Source: a virus (lineage: Duplodnaviria > Heunggongvirae > Uroviricota > Caudoviricetes). From it: 64,000 nucleotides of DNA. The notes beneath the pieces are model-generated. The model searched no databases, had not been told where the DNA came from, and saw nothing but the letters and a program-made list of their open reading frames with translations. The stretch covers positions 1 through 64,000 of IMG/VR virus record IMGVR_UViG_3300037467_003075; one strand, 5' to 3'. This document shows positions 29,202 through 37,678 of the stretch, in pieces; within the stretch, counting starts at the first letter, position 1, and each line of letters begins with the position of its first letter. A program made the translations under genes and the position numbers.

Positions 29202-30368
29202 TTAGACTGTAGGAAACAGCGCAGTGAGAGCTTGTTGGTGACATTTTGCGCAGTAGTAAGTGTTGTCGTTTGCTGCACCTTCATTGTAGGCAGCGTGCAC
29301 TTCATGCTCTTGCAACGCATCTTCACATTCGGCACAGAATACAATTTCGTTCTCTTCCTCGCCGTCTTCTTCATCGACGCCAGCGGCCTGTGCACTGGTA
29401 TAGATAATGACCTCGCCAGTGATAGGATCAAGTTCTCCTTCGATAATCATACCAATGGAATCGGATGCGGAGACACGAGTACTGTTTGTGCTATTCGTAC
29501 CCCTGGTATTCCAGTATTCATTATTAGTGTATGTTACCTTCGACACACTGGATGCAATGAGAATGCTCACAGGCTCACTAATCATGGTTTCGTAGGAATC
29601 GGCTGTCGAATCCAACATAACATAATTATTTGCTTTCAGCTCGTATTCCTTGAGCGTGAAAGTCTCACAGATATTAAACCGTTTGCCTACGCGGCGCAGC
29701 TTATTGAAGCTGTCAAGAATGAATTTCTTTTCAGAATTGAAGAACAGCACGCCAGCCTCTTCCCAATAGACAAAATCCATTGGACGATCTTGTTTCACAA
29801 TGTGAACAAGGTGAGGCTGTGCCTTGTGTGCAAAAGCCAAGGCGAACATGCCGCGCAGCTTTGTTTCCTCAAGCGCATTACGTAGTCCTTGATACGTAAT
29901 CTTGTCTTGATTATAATAATTGATTAACTGATAGATGATCTCGCTGTCAACTTCGGCAATACGTTCGAATCTTCCTTCGTATTGCTTAAATAGTTCATCG
30001 TCATTGGAGATTGTGCCGTTATGAACGCCGACAACGTTGCCGATGTCAAACGGATGGTTATTGTTATTATTGTCGGGCTTGCCTTTGGTGTAATACCGTG
30101 TATGAGAGATAATAGAGGCAGTATTATCATCGATATTCCTGATAATCGAATCATATTGCTCATCGAATGTCGTGAACATTTTTGCCTCCACAGCAGCCTT
30201 GTGCATCTCATAAGAAGAACCATCGCGAAGAAATGATACCAGGCCAGTAGCATGGTGCCCACGATCTTGCGTCTCGACCAAAATCTCATCGAACAAGTAA
30301 CGAATCGCGGCCCACATATTCTCCGTCCGCTCTTTTTTCAACAAAACAATCCCCGAAATACCACACAT
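29202..30368 (-). CDS. class-II glutamine amidotransferase (GAT-II) family protein, paralog 2, with C-terminal zinc ribbon
   Basis: Starts MCGISG; C-terminal CAECE...CAKCH; near-consensus promoter upstream at 30385-30420. Confidence 0.65.
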   Translation of the reverse strand: MCGISGIVLLKKERTENMWAAIRYLFDEILVETQDRGHHATGLVSFLRDGSSYEMHKAAVEAKMFTTFDEQYDSIIRNIDDNTASIISHTRYYTKGKPDNNNNNHPFDIGNVVGVHNGTISNDDELFKQYEGRFERIAEVDSEIIYQLINYYNQDKITYQGLRNALEETKLRGMFALAFAHKAQPHLVHIVKQDRPMDFVYWEEAGVLFFNSEKKFILDSFNKLRRVGKRFNICETFTLKEYELKANNYVMLDSTADSYETMISEPVSILIASSVSKVTYTNNEYWNTRGTNSTNSTRVSASDSIGMIIEGELDPITGEVIIYTSAQAAGVDEEDGEEENEIVFCAECEDALQEHEVHAAYNEGAANDNTYYCAKCHQQALTALFPTV

Positions 30369-30384
30369 TACAACATCATTCCCT

Positions 30385-30425
30385 TCGAAATTTTTAATCT
30401 GTTTTTATATTATAAATGCATTATA
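30385..30425 (-). promoter_or_regulatory. sigma-A-type promoter upstream of GAT-II paralog 2
   Basis: rc: cTTGACAcctggttataatgcattTATAATATaaaaac. Confidence 0.45.
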
Positions 30426-30502
30426 ACCAGGTGTCAAGTAGAAATATTGATTATTTTGGAGCAGCAACCAATATTAGATCACTGCTCCGTTATAATGCAA
30501 TA

Positions 30503-31606
30503 TTATACTGCAGCGGAGGAGCGGATAACCTGAATAGCTTGCAATTCATTTGCAGTAAACAGATCGTAATTGTCAAAAACGTCATTCTGCTGTTGAAGTA
30601 AAACTGCACACTCAAGCTTGAGCGTTTCGACAATAATCTCTTTGTTGGTATCGAATGTGCAGTTAGCGTCTAATAATTGACCGACAATAACCAGTATTTG
30701 TTCCATGGTCGCATGCTTTGCAAAATTAACCATATGTGTGACCAACTCGACATATGCCTCCACCATGTCAGCACTTTTCTGTGGGTAGAAATAACGGAAC
30801 TCGACCGTCTTTCTATATGTGGCATAAGCATCAAAATTAAGTCCCATATATCTGGTGTCTGAAAATTTTACGCTACCGATATTATACAAGTCCAGTCTTC
30901 CAATCGCACGAAGAACCTGGCTCCTATATTCGGAAAGTGGGCGGCAGTACTGACTCGTGAAACGATACTCTTCTGTTACCGAATAAATAAACGGTTCAAT
31001 TCCAACCGTCAATGCAAGCAACTTCTGAAAGTCGTGTACAGTATAATCTTCTACTTCAACATGAATATGTAGGCCAGCTGTATTGTCAACATGCCAGCCG
31101 TTGCCGTCAAGCCAGTCATACATTTTGTAAATCGGAAGTGTATTGGAAAGCGGTTCACATTTGGCCTCAATGCCGTAATCGTCCGCCTCAACGTACCCAG
31201 AGCCATCACACTGATAACATTCAATTGCATTTGTACCTTCGCAACGTGGACATTTCACATAAGAGCGACCATCGCAATGATCGCAGTTTATTTCACATTC
31301 ACCATCGCATTCGCAGCAAACGTTGCCGTCCTCATCTTTCCCGCTTCCGCTGCACTCGTCACAAGTTTCATATCCATTGTTGCAGTGTTCGCAGTGAATT
31401 TCCCCATCGCTGTCGCAGTCTGGGCATTCTACATGTCCACTACCTTGACAGCTGCCGCATTCGGTATCGCCATTGCGTAGGCTGCCATCGTCTTCAATAT
31501 CCCATTCGCACCCATCTATTACGCGTCCATAAACGCGGCTATTGACGTATCCCTCAAGCTCTACCCCGAATCGACGGGGAGTATTAATTCCATGGTTTTT
31601 GCACAT
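30503..31606 (-). CDS. GS-like amidoligase, paralog 4, with inserted Cys-rich (DnaJ-like CxxCxGxG) zinc-finger module
   Basis: FGVELEGY ... DDGSL ... about 110 aa of CxxC repeats (CGSCQGSGHVECPDCDSDG...) ... GLHIHVEV ... YMGLNFDAYATYRKTVEFRYF. Confidence 0.6.
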   Translation of the reverse strand: MCKNHGINTPRRFGVELEGYVNSRVYGRVIDGCEWDIEDDGSLRNGDTECGSCQGSGHVECPDCDSDGEIHCEHCNNGYETCDECSGSGKDEDGNVCCECDGECEINCDHCDGRSYVKCPRCEGTNAIECYQCDGSGYVEADDYGIEAKCEPLSNTLPIYKMYDWLDGNGWHVDNTAGLHIHVEVEDYTVHDFQKLLALTVGIEPFIYSVTEEYRFTSQYCRPLSEYRSQVLRAIGRLDLYNIGSVKFSDTRYMGLNFDAYATYRKTVEFRYFYPQKSADMVEAYVELVTHMVNFAKHATMEQILVIVGQLLDANCTFDTNKEIIVETLKLECAVLLQQQNDVFDNYDLFTANELQAIQVIRSSAAV

Positions 31607-31624
31607 TGCAATCCGCCTCCTTGA

Positions 31625-31672
31625 TTTATCTTATAGTTGTATTATAATTGATTCTAACTTAAGCTGTCAACT
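31625..31672 (-). promoter_or_regulatory. sigma-A-type promoter upstream of amidoligase paralog 4
   Basis: rc: gTTGACAgcttaagttagaatcaatTATAATAC. Confidence 0.45.
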
Positions 31673-31678
31673 GAAAAA

Positions 31679-32419
31679 TCACTTAATCTTTTCGTCTAAT
31701 ATTTGACGCAAATGCGTTTCCTTATCATCGTAATTGCCTGTCATGATCTGAAACTCAGGCACCATGCTGTCAACAAACCAATCAGCATTAGCAATATACT
31801 GATTCGCTTGCTTCACAGTGCCGTCAGGCAAATAAACATCGATCATCATGCGATTGTACATATTGTACTCAGGACTTGCATCAGGATTATACCCTTCTGT
31901 GTAATCGTAGGAATTTACGACAATATGCAGCGGAATTTCAAAATATGTGCCGTACACTTTGTCACTTTCGTTCTCCGTTAATTTCGTAACCGGGAATCCT
32001 CTACCACCAGTAGCGTACATTATTTGACTCTTAACATAGGCATTAGGGATAATGTTAACGCCACCTTCTGCCTCAATGTTCTCGACATATTTGAGAATGC
32101 CGTAAGTAAACATCGGCACCATTTCACTGTACGGAGCCATTGCCGCCCCCACGGTTTTAGAATCAAATAATTGATTCATAACATGCTCAGTAAACTGATA
32201 GTTATTGTTGCGAATCAGTAACTTAGCCAGGCTGTCGGCACCTTCATCATAAGCTATGTCTGTCATAACTCTCGACCAACAAGAGATACAAAGTCTTTTA
32301 CCGCTAAAATGTTCGCTACCGGGCAAAAAATAGACAGTGAATTTAGCGGAATTGTTATTGCACTTTTCACACATTACAACTCGATTTTTCAATTTTACTA
32401 TCTCCTTTGTTTTACGCAT
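31679..32419 (-). CDS. AIG2/GGCT-like (gamma-glutamyl cyclotransferase fold) protein, paralog 1, with N-terminal zinc ribbon
   Basis: FTYGILKY (YGSL-type motif) and C-terminal EGYNPDASPEYNMYNRMMIDVYLPDGT...A.QY, paralogous to 33360-34034. Confidence 0.5.
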   Translation of the reverse strand: MRKTKEIVKLKNRVVMCEKCNNNSAKFTVYFLPGSEHFSGKRLCISCWSRVMTDIAYDEGADSLAKLLIRNNNYQFTEHVMNQLFDSKTVGAAMAPYSEMVPMFTYGILKYVENIEAEGGVNIIPNAYVKSQIMYATGGRGFPVTKLTENESDKVYGTYFEIPLHIVVNSYDYTEGYNPDASPEYNMYNRMMIDVYLPDGTVKQANQYIANADWFVDSMVPEFQIMTGNYDDKETHLRQILDEKIK

Positions 32420-32786
32420 ATTGGAATGAGAAAGATTCTACAACTGTGTTCTCTTTGACGTATGGATTCGCCTTATCAAGCACTGTCACCAATACAATAT
32501 TATATTTTTCGATTGCAAATATTGTTGACAGGTTCTTATCCTTGTCGGATATTAGAATTTGTTTGCCGCTGTTATTGTACATTTCCAACTTCGTCCCTAA
32601 TCCCAAGATAGCACTGGCAATTTGATACTTGTTTAGTCTGCGTTGCTTAATACGTTTGATTGCGTGATTTGTAGCAATCAGTCGAAAAAATTTCCCACTG
32701 ACGAAAAAACCAGTAATTTCGTTTTCGTTTAACATTTCCATATACTTTGCACCAACCTTCTCTTTTTTTGATACAAGTATATGCAA
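32412..32786 (-). CDS. hypothetical protein
   Basis: 124 aa ORF. Confidence 0.35.
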   Translation of the reverse strand: MHILVSKKEKVGAKYMEMLNENEITGFFVSGKFFRLIATNHAIKRIKQRRLNKYQIASAILGLGTKLEMYNNSGKQILISDKDKNLSTIFAIEKYNIVLVTVLDKANPYVKENTVVESFSFQYA

Positions 32787-32803
32787 GTTTGCTATCTTTT
32801 ATG

Positions 32804-33007
32804 CTATTGTCCCATATTTCTTTTTTGTGCATCAAGAAAGCAACTAAAGCACTCTATAAATCCCATAGTAAAAATAGATGTTTCATCTTTATCTAGCGGC
32901 CTTCCTCTCCTTGCTTCAAAAACTTTGATTTTTTGTTCCACATTTGACAAAAGGCCAACATCGGCAAGCCTATCCCTCATTTCATCTGACATAATCACGC
33001 ATATCAC
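32804..33007 (-). CDS. hypothetical protein
   Basis: 67 aa ORF. Confidence 0.3.
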   Translation of the reverse strand: MICVIMSDEMRDRLADVGLLSNVEQKIKVFEARRGRPLDKDETSIFTMGFIECFSCFLDAQKRNMGQ

Positions 33008-33359
33008 CTTCCCTATTAAATATAATATTGTATGCTAGGCCAGCGTATGTGCCAGCCTAGCACGTTACTTCTAAAGTCCAATGTTTTACTCTCATAATTC
33101 AATTATAATATAATTATCTAAGTATCGTCAAGTAGTGGCATAAATATCTACCTCCATTATTGTCGATAGCAACTAATGTCTTTCACTATACTTATCGTCT
33201 AACATTTGACTATTTACTCAACAATCCCATTGTGGGAAAGGAGCCTGTGTGCAAATGTTACCAGCTACTACCTATTGAGCTGAAATGCACCCTTATTCAT
33301 CAAACTGACCGATAACCTCTAGTCTTTCACATTGTAGCTATCTAATATTATATACAGTT

Positions 33360-34034
33360 TTAAGCGCGATAACCGCTAAAAACGTATAAAACATAGTCGC
33401 CATGTGGAATAGCGCGGCAACCATTCTTTGCCCTGGTGTCCGCACAGAAGTATGCCCACGCTTCCACCTGTGTACCATCGGAGAGTGTAACATTAACCAG
33501 CTTGCGATTGTAATGGTTATATTTTGGATTTCGTTTTGGATTGTACCCCTCAAGGCTGTCAAGGTCAGCCAGCATACGGACATAGTCTTTTTCGTCAACC
33601 CACATAACTTCGCCATGCACTTTCTTGTCACCTTCGAACATGTAAGGCAAACTGTATCCCCTAACAAACAATTCACCCTGTATTGTTGCCGCCTCTTCGC
33701 GAATTGTTTTTTTATGGAAATAATATCTGTGGTTACTCATTCCTCTGCGTAAGGTGCCATAAACAAAGAACGGATATTGTTTTTCGATTCCAGTTTCGCC
33801 TTGAACACGAACCAAACTACCAATAGAATCCAAAATTAGATTGAAGTCATAGGACAACATCCAATATGTTCCGTCAAATAAGAAAGTCCAATCCTTGCCG
33901 TTGTCCGTTGCGGATTCATGTAATTCGCGGGTGTCGCGCCGCTTTCCTTCATATCCAACAACAATCTTATTGTTTCTCATGCCGTATATATTGATCTTAC
34001 CCCAATACGTTTGCTTGCTTGCTAAAACTGGCAT
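33360..34034 (-). CDS. AIG2/GGCT-like (gamma-glutamyl cyclotransferase) protein, paralog 2
   Basis: PFFVYGTLRRGMSNH (GGCT YGSL-type motif) ... LDSLEGYNPKRNPKYNHYNRKLVNVTLSDGTQVEAWAYF. Confidence 0.6.
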   Translation of the reverse strand: MPVLASKQTYWGKINIYGMRNNKIVVGYEGKRRDTRELHESATDNGKDWTFLFDGTYWMLSYDFNLILDSIGSLVRVQGETGIEKQYPFFVYGTLRRGMSNHRYYFHKKTIREEAATIQGELFVRGYSLPYMFEGDKKVHGEVMWVDEKDYVRMLADLDSLEGYNPKRNPKYNHYNRKLVNVTLSDGTQVEAWAYFCADTRAKNGCRAIPHGDYVLYVFSGYRA

Positions 34035-34055
34035 TGTAATTCCTCCGATATGATT

Positions 34056-34265
34056 TTAGATTTTTTTACGCTTTACGATATAACGGCTGCCGTCGCATGC
34101 GACCAGTTCCCATCCTTGCTCTCCGACTTTATTAAGGGCAGTCAAAAGATCGGGAACATCAAGACTAGTTTCCTTTTTAGCACACGATAGAATCCAATTC
34201 GTGGAATATAAACGACTCTCCATAACAAGATAAGCATATTCAAATTCGGGCAATTTAAATACCAC
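34056..34265 (-). CDS. hypothetical protein
   Basis: 69 aa ORF. Confidence 0.3.
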   Translation of the reverse strand: MVFKLPEFEYAYLVMESRLYSTNWILSCAKKETSLDVPDLLTALNKVGEQGWELVACDGSRYIVKRKKI

Positions 34266-34270
34266 CTAAC

Positions 34271-34537
34271 TTAGTATGTATGTAGCTTTCCACCAGTATA
34301 AAGCTTAGCCCAGTGATTCTTTCCGCGATTTCGTACAAGAGGAATAGTATTCTCGTCTTCTTTCTCTTCTTCTTGGCGGCGAGGAACATTCGGAGAAATG
34401 TCTAATATTTGACTGACACCCCGATATTCAGGGAAAGTCTCAAGCTTAGTACGCGCCTCCTTTTCACTACTGGCACGAAGAGCCAAATTAACCTCAACCC
34501 CATTCATAACAACATCAGCATACATTCTTTTCGCCAT
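34271..34537 (-). CDS. hypothetical protein (start trimmed to the ATG after RBS AAAGGAG)
   Basis: MAKRMYADVV... follows an RBS. Confidence 0.35.
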   Translation of the reverse strand: MAKRMYADVVMNGVEVNLALRASSEKEARTKLETFPEYRGVSQILDISPNVPRRQEEEKEDENTIPLVRNRGKNHWAKLYTGGKLHTY

Positions 34538-35016
34538 TATCGTCAACTCCTTTGAATTTAATATTTGATTTCTTACTTTTAGCCATATAAAGGGAATCAG
34601 TATCGACTCCCTCATCTTCCAATGTCAATCCATATTTCCAGCTGGTGGCGACAACAATAGCAAAAATCAAAAGGGAAAGTAGTAACATGTCACGCCTCCC
34701 TCGAAACAAGCATTTTCACTCTTGTTCTGCTATTAAGAGAATCACCGACAACGCCAAGTATTTGAATTACCGTCACTTCCTCATCCTCAGGTCTACACTT
34801 GGAGCCTGGCTCTACAACTTGATAAGGATGTAACGTCACATAGACAATATCGGTCACTTTGTTATCCCTCCATTATGGTCAAAAATTTGACTTTGACCTT
34901 TTCAGCTTTCCGATACGTTATAATATTCGATTGCAACACCATCTTTCGGCCGCAGTCCTCAACGAACACAAACCATTTGCGCCAACGTTTCCCTAAATCA
35001 ATACCGATGTGGATTT

Positions 35017-35262
35017 TCATACTTCACTCACTGGATAAGAGATATCTGCATAATGCTCGGATAGAACCTCATGCAACAATTCAGATTCATGCGAAGAATA
35101 TAATGTTATACGCTCTTGTTTCTCTTTGTCAGTTAGAGTAGAATTTTTGATTCTCTCCTTAACGTTTGCCAACGCATCCAGCGCAGTATCTTTGCTGCCG
35201 AACAAAATATTGATTGCGTCATTCCAGCTCATAGACTGTTCTTGCCGCTTCCTCTTGCCCAT
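35017..35262 (-). CDS. hypothetical protein
   Basis: 81 aa ORF. Confidence 0.3.
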   Translation of the reverse strand: MGKRKRQEQSMSWNDAINILFGSKDTALDALANVKERIKNSTLTDKEKQERITLYSSHESELLHEVLSEHYADISYPVSEV

Positions 35263-35564
35263 TATCTCACCGTCCCTAAAGTCTTATATTCTACTACATG
35301 CCGAAAGAGCATCATTGAAATTGTATTCTTACTTAATTCTTTATTGTGTATTTCGACATAGCTTGGAATCTGCAACAACGCTTGAACGCGCATCGAATTT
35401 TCTATATTCTTATCGTCCTCCAAGTGCCAAGCAACCCAACCAGGCGGCAAAAAGCCACCGACAAACGAAACAAGTTCCTCAAACTCAGCATCAGAATACT
35501 CATGTGTGAATCTCACAAGAGAACCTAATTCATTAAGACGATTCCCAATGATGTGCCTTGCCAT
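35262..35564 (-). CDS. hypothetical protein
   Basis: 100 aa ORF preceded by an ATCTAAAATTATAT motif and RBS. Confidence 0.35.
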   Translation of the reverse strand: MARHIIGNRLNELGSLVRFTHEYSDAEFEELVSFVGGFLPPGWVAWHLEDDKNIENSMRVQALLQIPSYVEIHNKELSKNTISMMLFRHVVEYKTLGTVR

Positions 35565-35579
35565 TGTTATCCCTCCAAT

Positions 35580-35660
35580 ATAATTTTAGATTTCAACTTA
35601 TGTAGCCATCCAAGCTATTGAATATTAAACTCAATAGCTTGATTTTAACACATAAGCTTT
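35580..35660 (-). promoter_or_regulatory. ATCTAAAATTATAT promoter-like motif plus upstream hairpin with AATATT loop
   Basis: rc: caagctattgaGTTTAATATtcaatagcttg ... ATCTAAAATTATATTGGAGGGataacaATG. Confidence 0.45.
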
Positions 35661-35671
35661 AAGCTTGCAAC

Positions 35672-35947
35672 TTAATTTTGCCGTCCAATATTATAGCTTA
35701 CTTGTGTCCCCCAAAATTCACCTTTGTCATTGAAGCAAGCAACGATGTTATTTACTTCCTTCGGCAACGTTGCAAGTTCTGCCTTGATATCTCGCAGTAA
35801 ATGGCGGCGCAGTCTACCAGTAACCGTTGTCCCATCCTCCAAATGGTAGGTAACAGGAACAAAGTAGCGATGCGCACCGATGCCATTGTTCTTCTCGACT
35901 TTCGCACCCTCGACAGGTGCTATTTTTACGATCTTAATCTCTTTCAT
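35672..35947 (-). CDS. hypothetical protein
   Basis: 91 aa ORF. Confidence 0.35.
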   Translation of the reverse strand: MKEIKIVKIAPVEGAKVEKNNGIGAHRYFVPVTYHLEDGTTVTGRLRRHLLRDIKAELATLPKEVNNIVACFNDKGEFWGTQVSYNIGRQN

Positions 35948-36475
35948 GTTCGTCCCTCCTTAAAGTATATTATTTGATTTAAACTATGCCTCATCCAATT
36001 CCACATCATCCCACCAAGCAGTAGGATTCGTTTTAGGGTTACGGTCATATTTGTTCAATTCATTACAACGTGCTTCTGCTAATTCCTGTGTGCTCCACAC
36101 GGAATCAAAGTTTCGTGCATCCCGGTTTTGTTCGTCTTTCATGACAACATATAGCTTCATTGTGACTAAAGCCTCCTTTTTGTATATTATTTGACGCTAA
36201 CTTTCCACATTGCTACCTTTTTGCGTAGCTTAGCAGCCATGCGATGCTTACCATTCGTTTCCGCTTCCACCAGCTTGGATAAGAGACTATAATAGCTATC
36301 AGATACCATTCAGTGCACCCCTTTCATGAAGTCGCTAACCGGGGAAAGAATAGTGTATAAAATTATATACAAGCCAACAATAGCAACCGTACCGACAACT
36401 GAGATAGCCAACAGGGAAAGCCACACTTGCCAGCGCGGCCTCCCCCATGTGATGCCGATTGATTGAAAGAATCTC

Positions 36476-37114
36476 TTATCCATGCTGTGCCTCCGTTACC
36501 TTTGTCATGTTCACAACTGCAACTTTCGGAATCCAACCTGACCAGGTGAATGAGGCCATTTGACGCTTCATTTCTTCATATCGCTCCTGCAGCTCTTCCT
36601 CCGAATTTAGCGGATTGATATGGAAGTGCTGTCCGCATATCGGCCCTAATCCATACAGGAGGCTGACAGGATGCGTCAATTCGTGACCGCAATGCAAGCA
36701 ATGCGACGATGGAGCCAAAAAGCCTTTCAACTCGACCAGGTAGGCTTTTGTAGTCTCTTTTTTGATTATACCACGCATTTCACGGCAAGGGATAGGATTA
36801 TTTTCCTGTTTCGTCAACCATTTTTTCACCCTAATTTGATATTCCTGCCGCGGTACCGTTTCACGCACAGGATTGATTGCAGGGGCCGGAGACTCAACTT
36901 TGGAGAACCTGGAACGCACTGCTGGCAACTTAATTTCCCAATCAGCAAACACTTTTTCTACTGCCGTGTTATCGTCAACGTGTGCCATGAAGAACGTTGA
37001 ACCAGCTGCATCCTTGCCAATTAATTCCATCATGATAGTGCGATTAAATTCGGGCGAACGATAGTTAAAAAACTGACCAGTAAACTGACCTCTCGAAACC
37101 GTTGCCGTTGCCAT
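36476..37114 (-). CDS. hypothetical protein with Cys cluster
   Basis: 212 aa; CLHCGHE...ICGQ; preceded by the motif and RBS GGGAGG. Confidence 0.4.
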   Translation of the reverse strand: MATATVSRGQFTGQFFNYRSPEFNRTIMMELIGKDAAGSTFFMAHVDDNTAVEKVFADWEIKLPAVRSRFSKVESPAPAINPVRETVPRQEYQIRVKKWLTKQENNPIPCREMRGIIKKETTKAYLVELKGFLAPSSHCLHCGHELTHPVSLLYGLGPICGQHFHINPLNSEEELQERYEEMKRQMASFTWSGWIPKVAVVNMTKVTEAQHG

Positions 37115-37127
37115 TTTGTTATTCCTC

Positions 37128-37200
37128 CCTAGAATATAATTTTAGATTGAATTGCTTAATTGGGAGCAGGAATCTAATATTAAACTCCTGCTCTTTTGCT
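37128..37200 (-). promoter_or_regulatory. ATCTAAAATTATAT promoter-like motif plus hairpin (stem GAGCAGGA/TCCTGCTC, loop containing AATATTAGAT)
   Basis: Read directly; same loop and a different stem from the copy at 37590-37660. Confidence 0.45.
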
Positions 37201-37207
37201 AAGCGAT

Positions 37208-37552
37208 TCAAGCTTGTTTTTGAGGCCAGTATTTCTGCGGCAGTATGATCGTTTTGAATGACCATCCTGCGCCATAGGCTGCGCGATAGTTGGAAAGCAA
37301 GTGCACCTTGTCGCTTCTGTCCGTTGCATAGTCGCAGTGTTCATATTCTCTATCACCTTGCATACGGCAAAGAATCTGAAATTGATAACCAGTTTCCGGT
37401 GAATACGCTTTAGGCAATGTCATTTTGTTTTCCTCCTTTTTATGCCCGCTCAAATTAAGCTTTTCAGCGAGTCGATTCATCATTTCTTGCCTCCATTCCG
37501 ACGAGTCTTGCGCGGCCGAATGTACAACAAAGGCAATTCTTCCATTTCCCAA
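37208..37552 (-). CDS. hypothetical protein (start uncertain)
   Basis: No in-frame ATG near the ORF start; an ATG at 37578 is out of frame, suggesting a frameshift or non-ATG start. Confidence 0.3.
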   Translation of the reverse strand: MGNGRIAFVVHSAAQDSSEWRQEMMNRLAEKLNLSGHKKEENKMTLPKAYSPETGYQFQILCRMQGDREYEHCDYATDRSDKVHLLSNYRAAYGAGWSFKTIILPQKYWPQKQA

Positions 37553-37584
37553 AAATTCGTGTAGCCAAGTTTTAGCATTGTTAT

Positions 37585-37662
37585 TCCTCCGATCTAATTT
37601 TAGATTGTTTCGTACAATCCATTGAATGAGACGATGAATCTAATATTCGACCATCGTCTCAC
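37585..37662 (-). promoter_or_regulatory. ATCTAAAATTAGAT promoter-like motif plus hairpin (stem GAGACGATG/CATCGTCTC, loop GTCGAATATTAGATT)
   Basis: Read directly. Confidence 0.45.
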
Positions 37663-37678
37663 CCTAGCATTTTACGAA

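Noticed and set aside
29232-29885. 217-aa plus-strand ORF
   Set aside because: It lies entirely antisense within GAT-II paralog 2, which has a clear MCGI Ntn start and conserved motifs. It has no RBS.
31012-31545. Long plus-strand ORFs (177 and 129 aa) antisense to amidoligase paralog 4
   Set aside because: They are artefacts of the Cys-codon-rich (TGC/TGT, read antisense as GCA/ACA) zinc-finger insertion. The Cys/His/Arg-rich translation is implausible, and the sense-strand amidoligase reading is far stronger.
33402-33752. 116-aa plus-strand ORF
   Set aside because: It is antisense to the GGCT paralog 2 gene.
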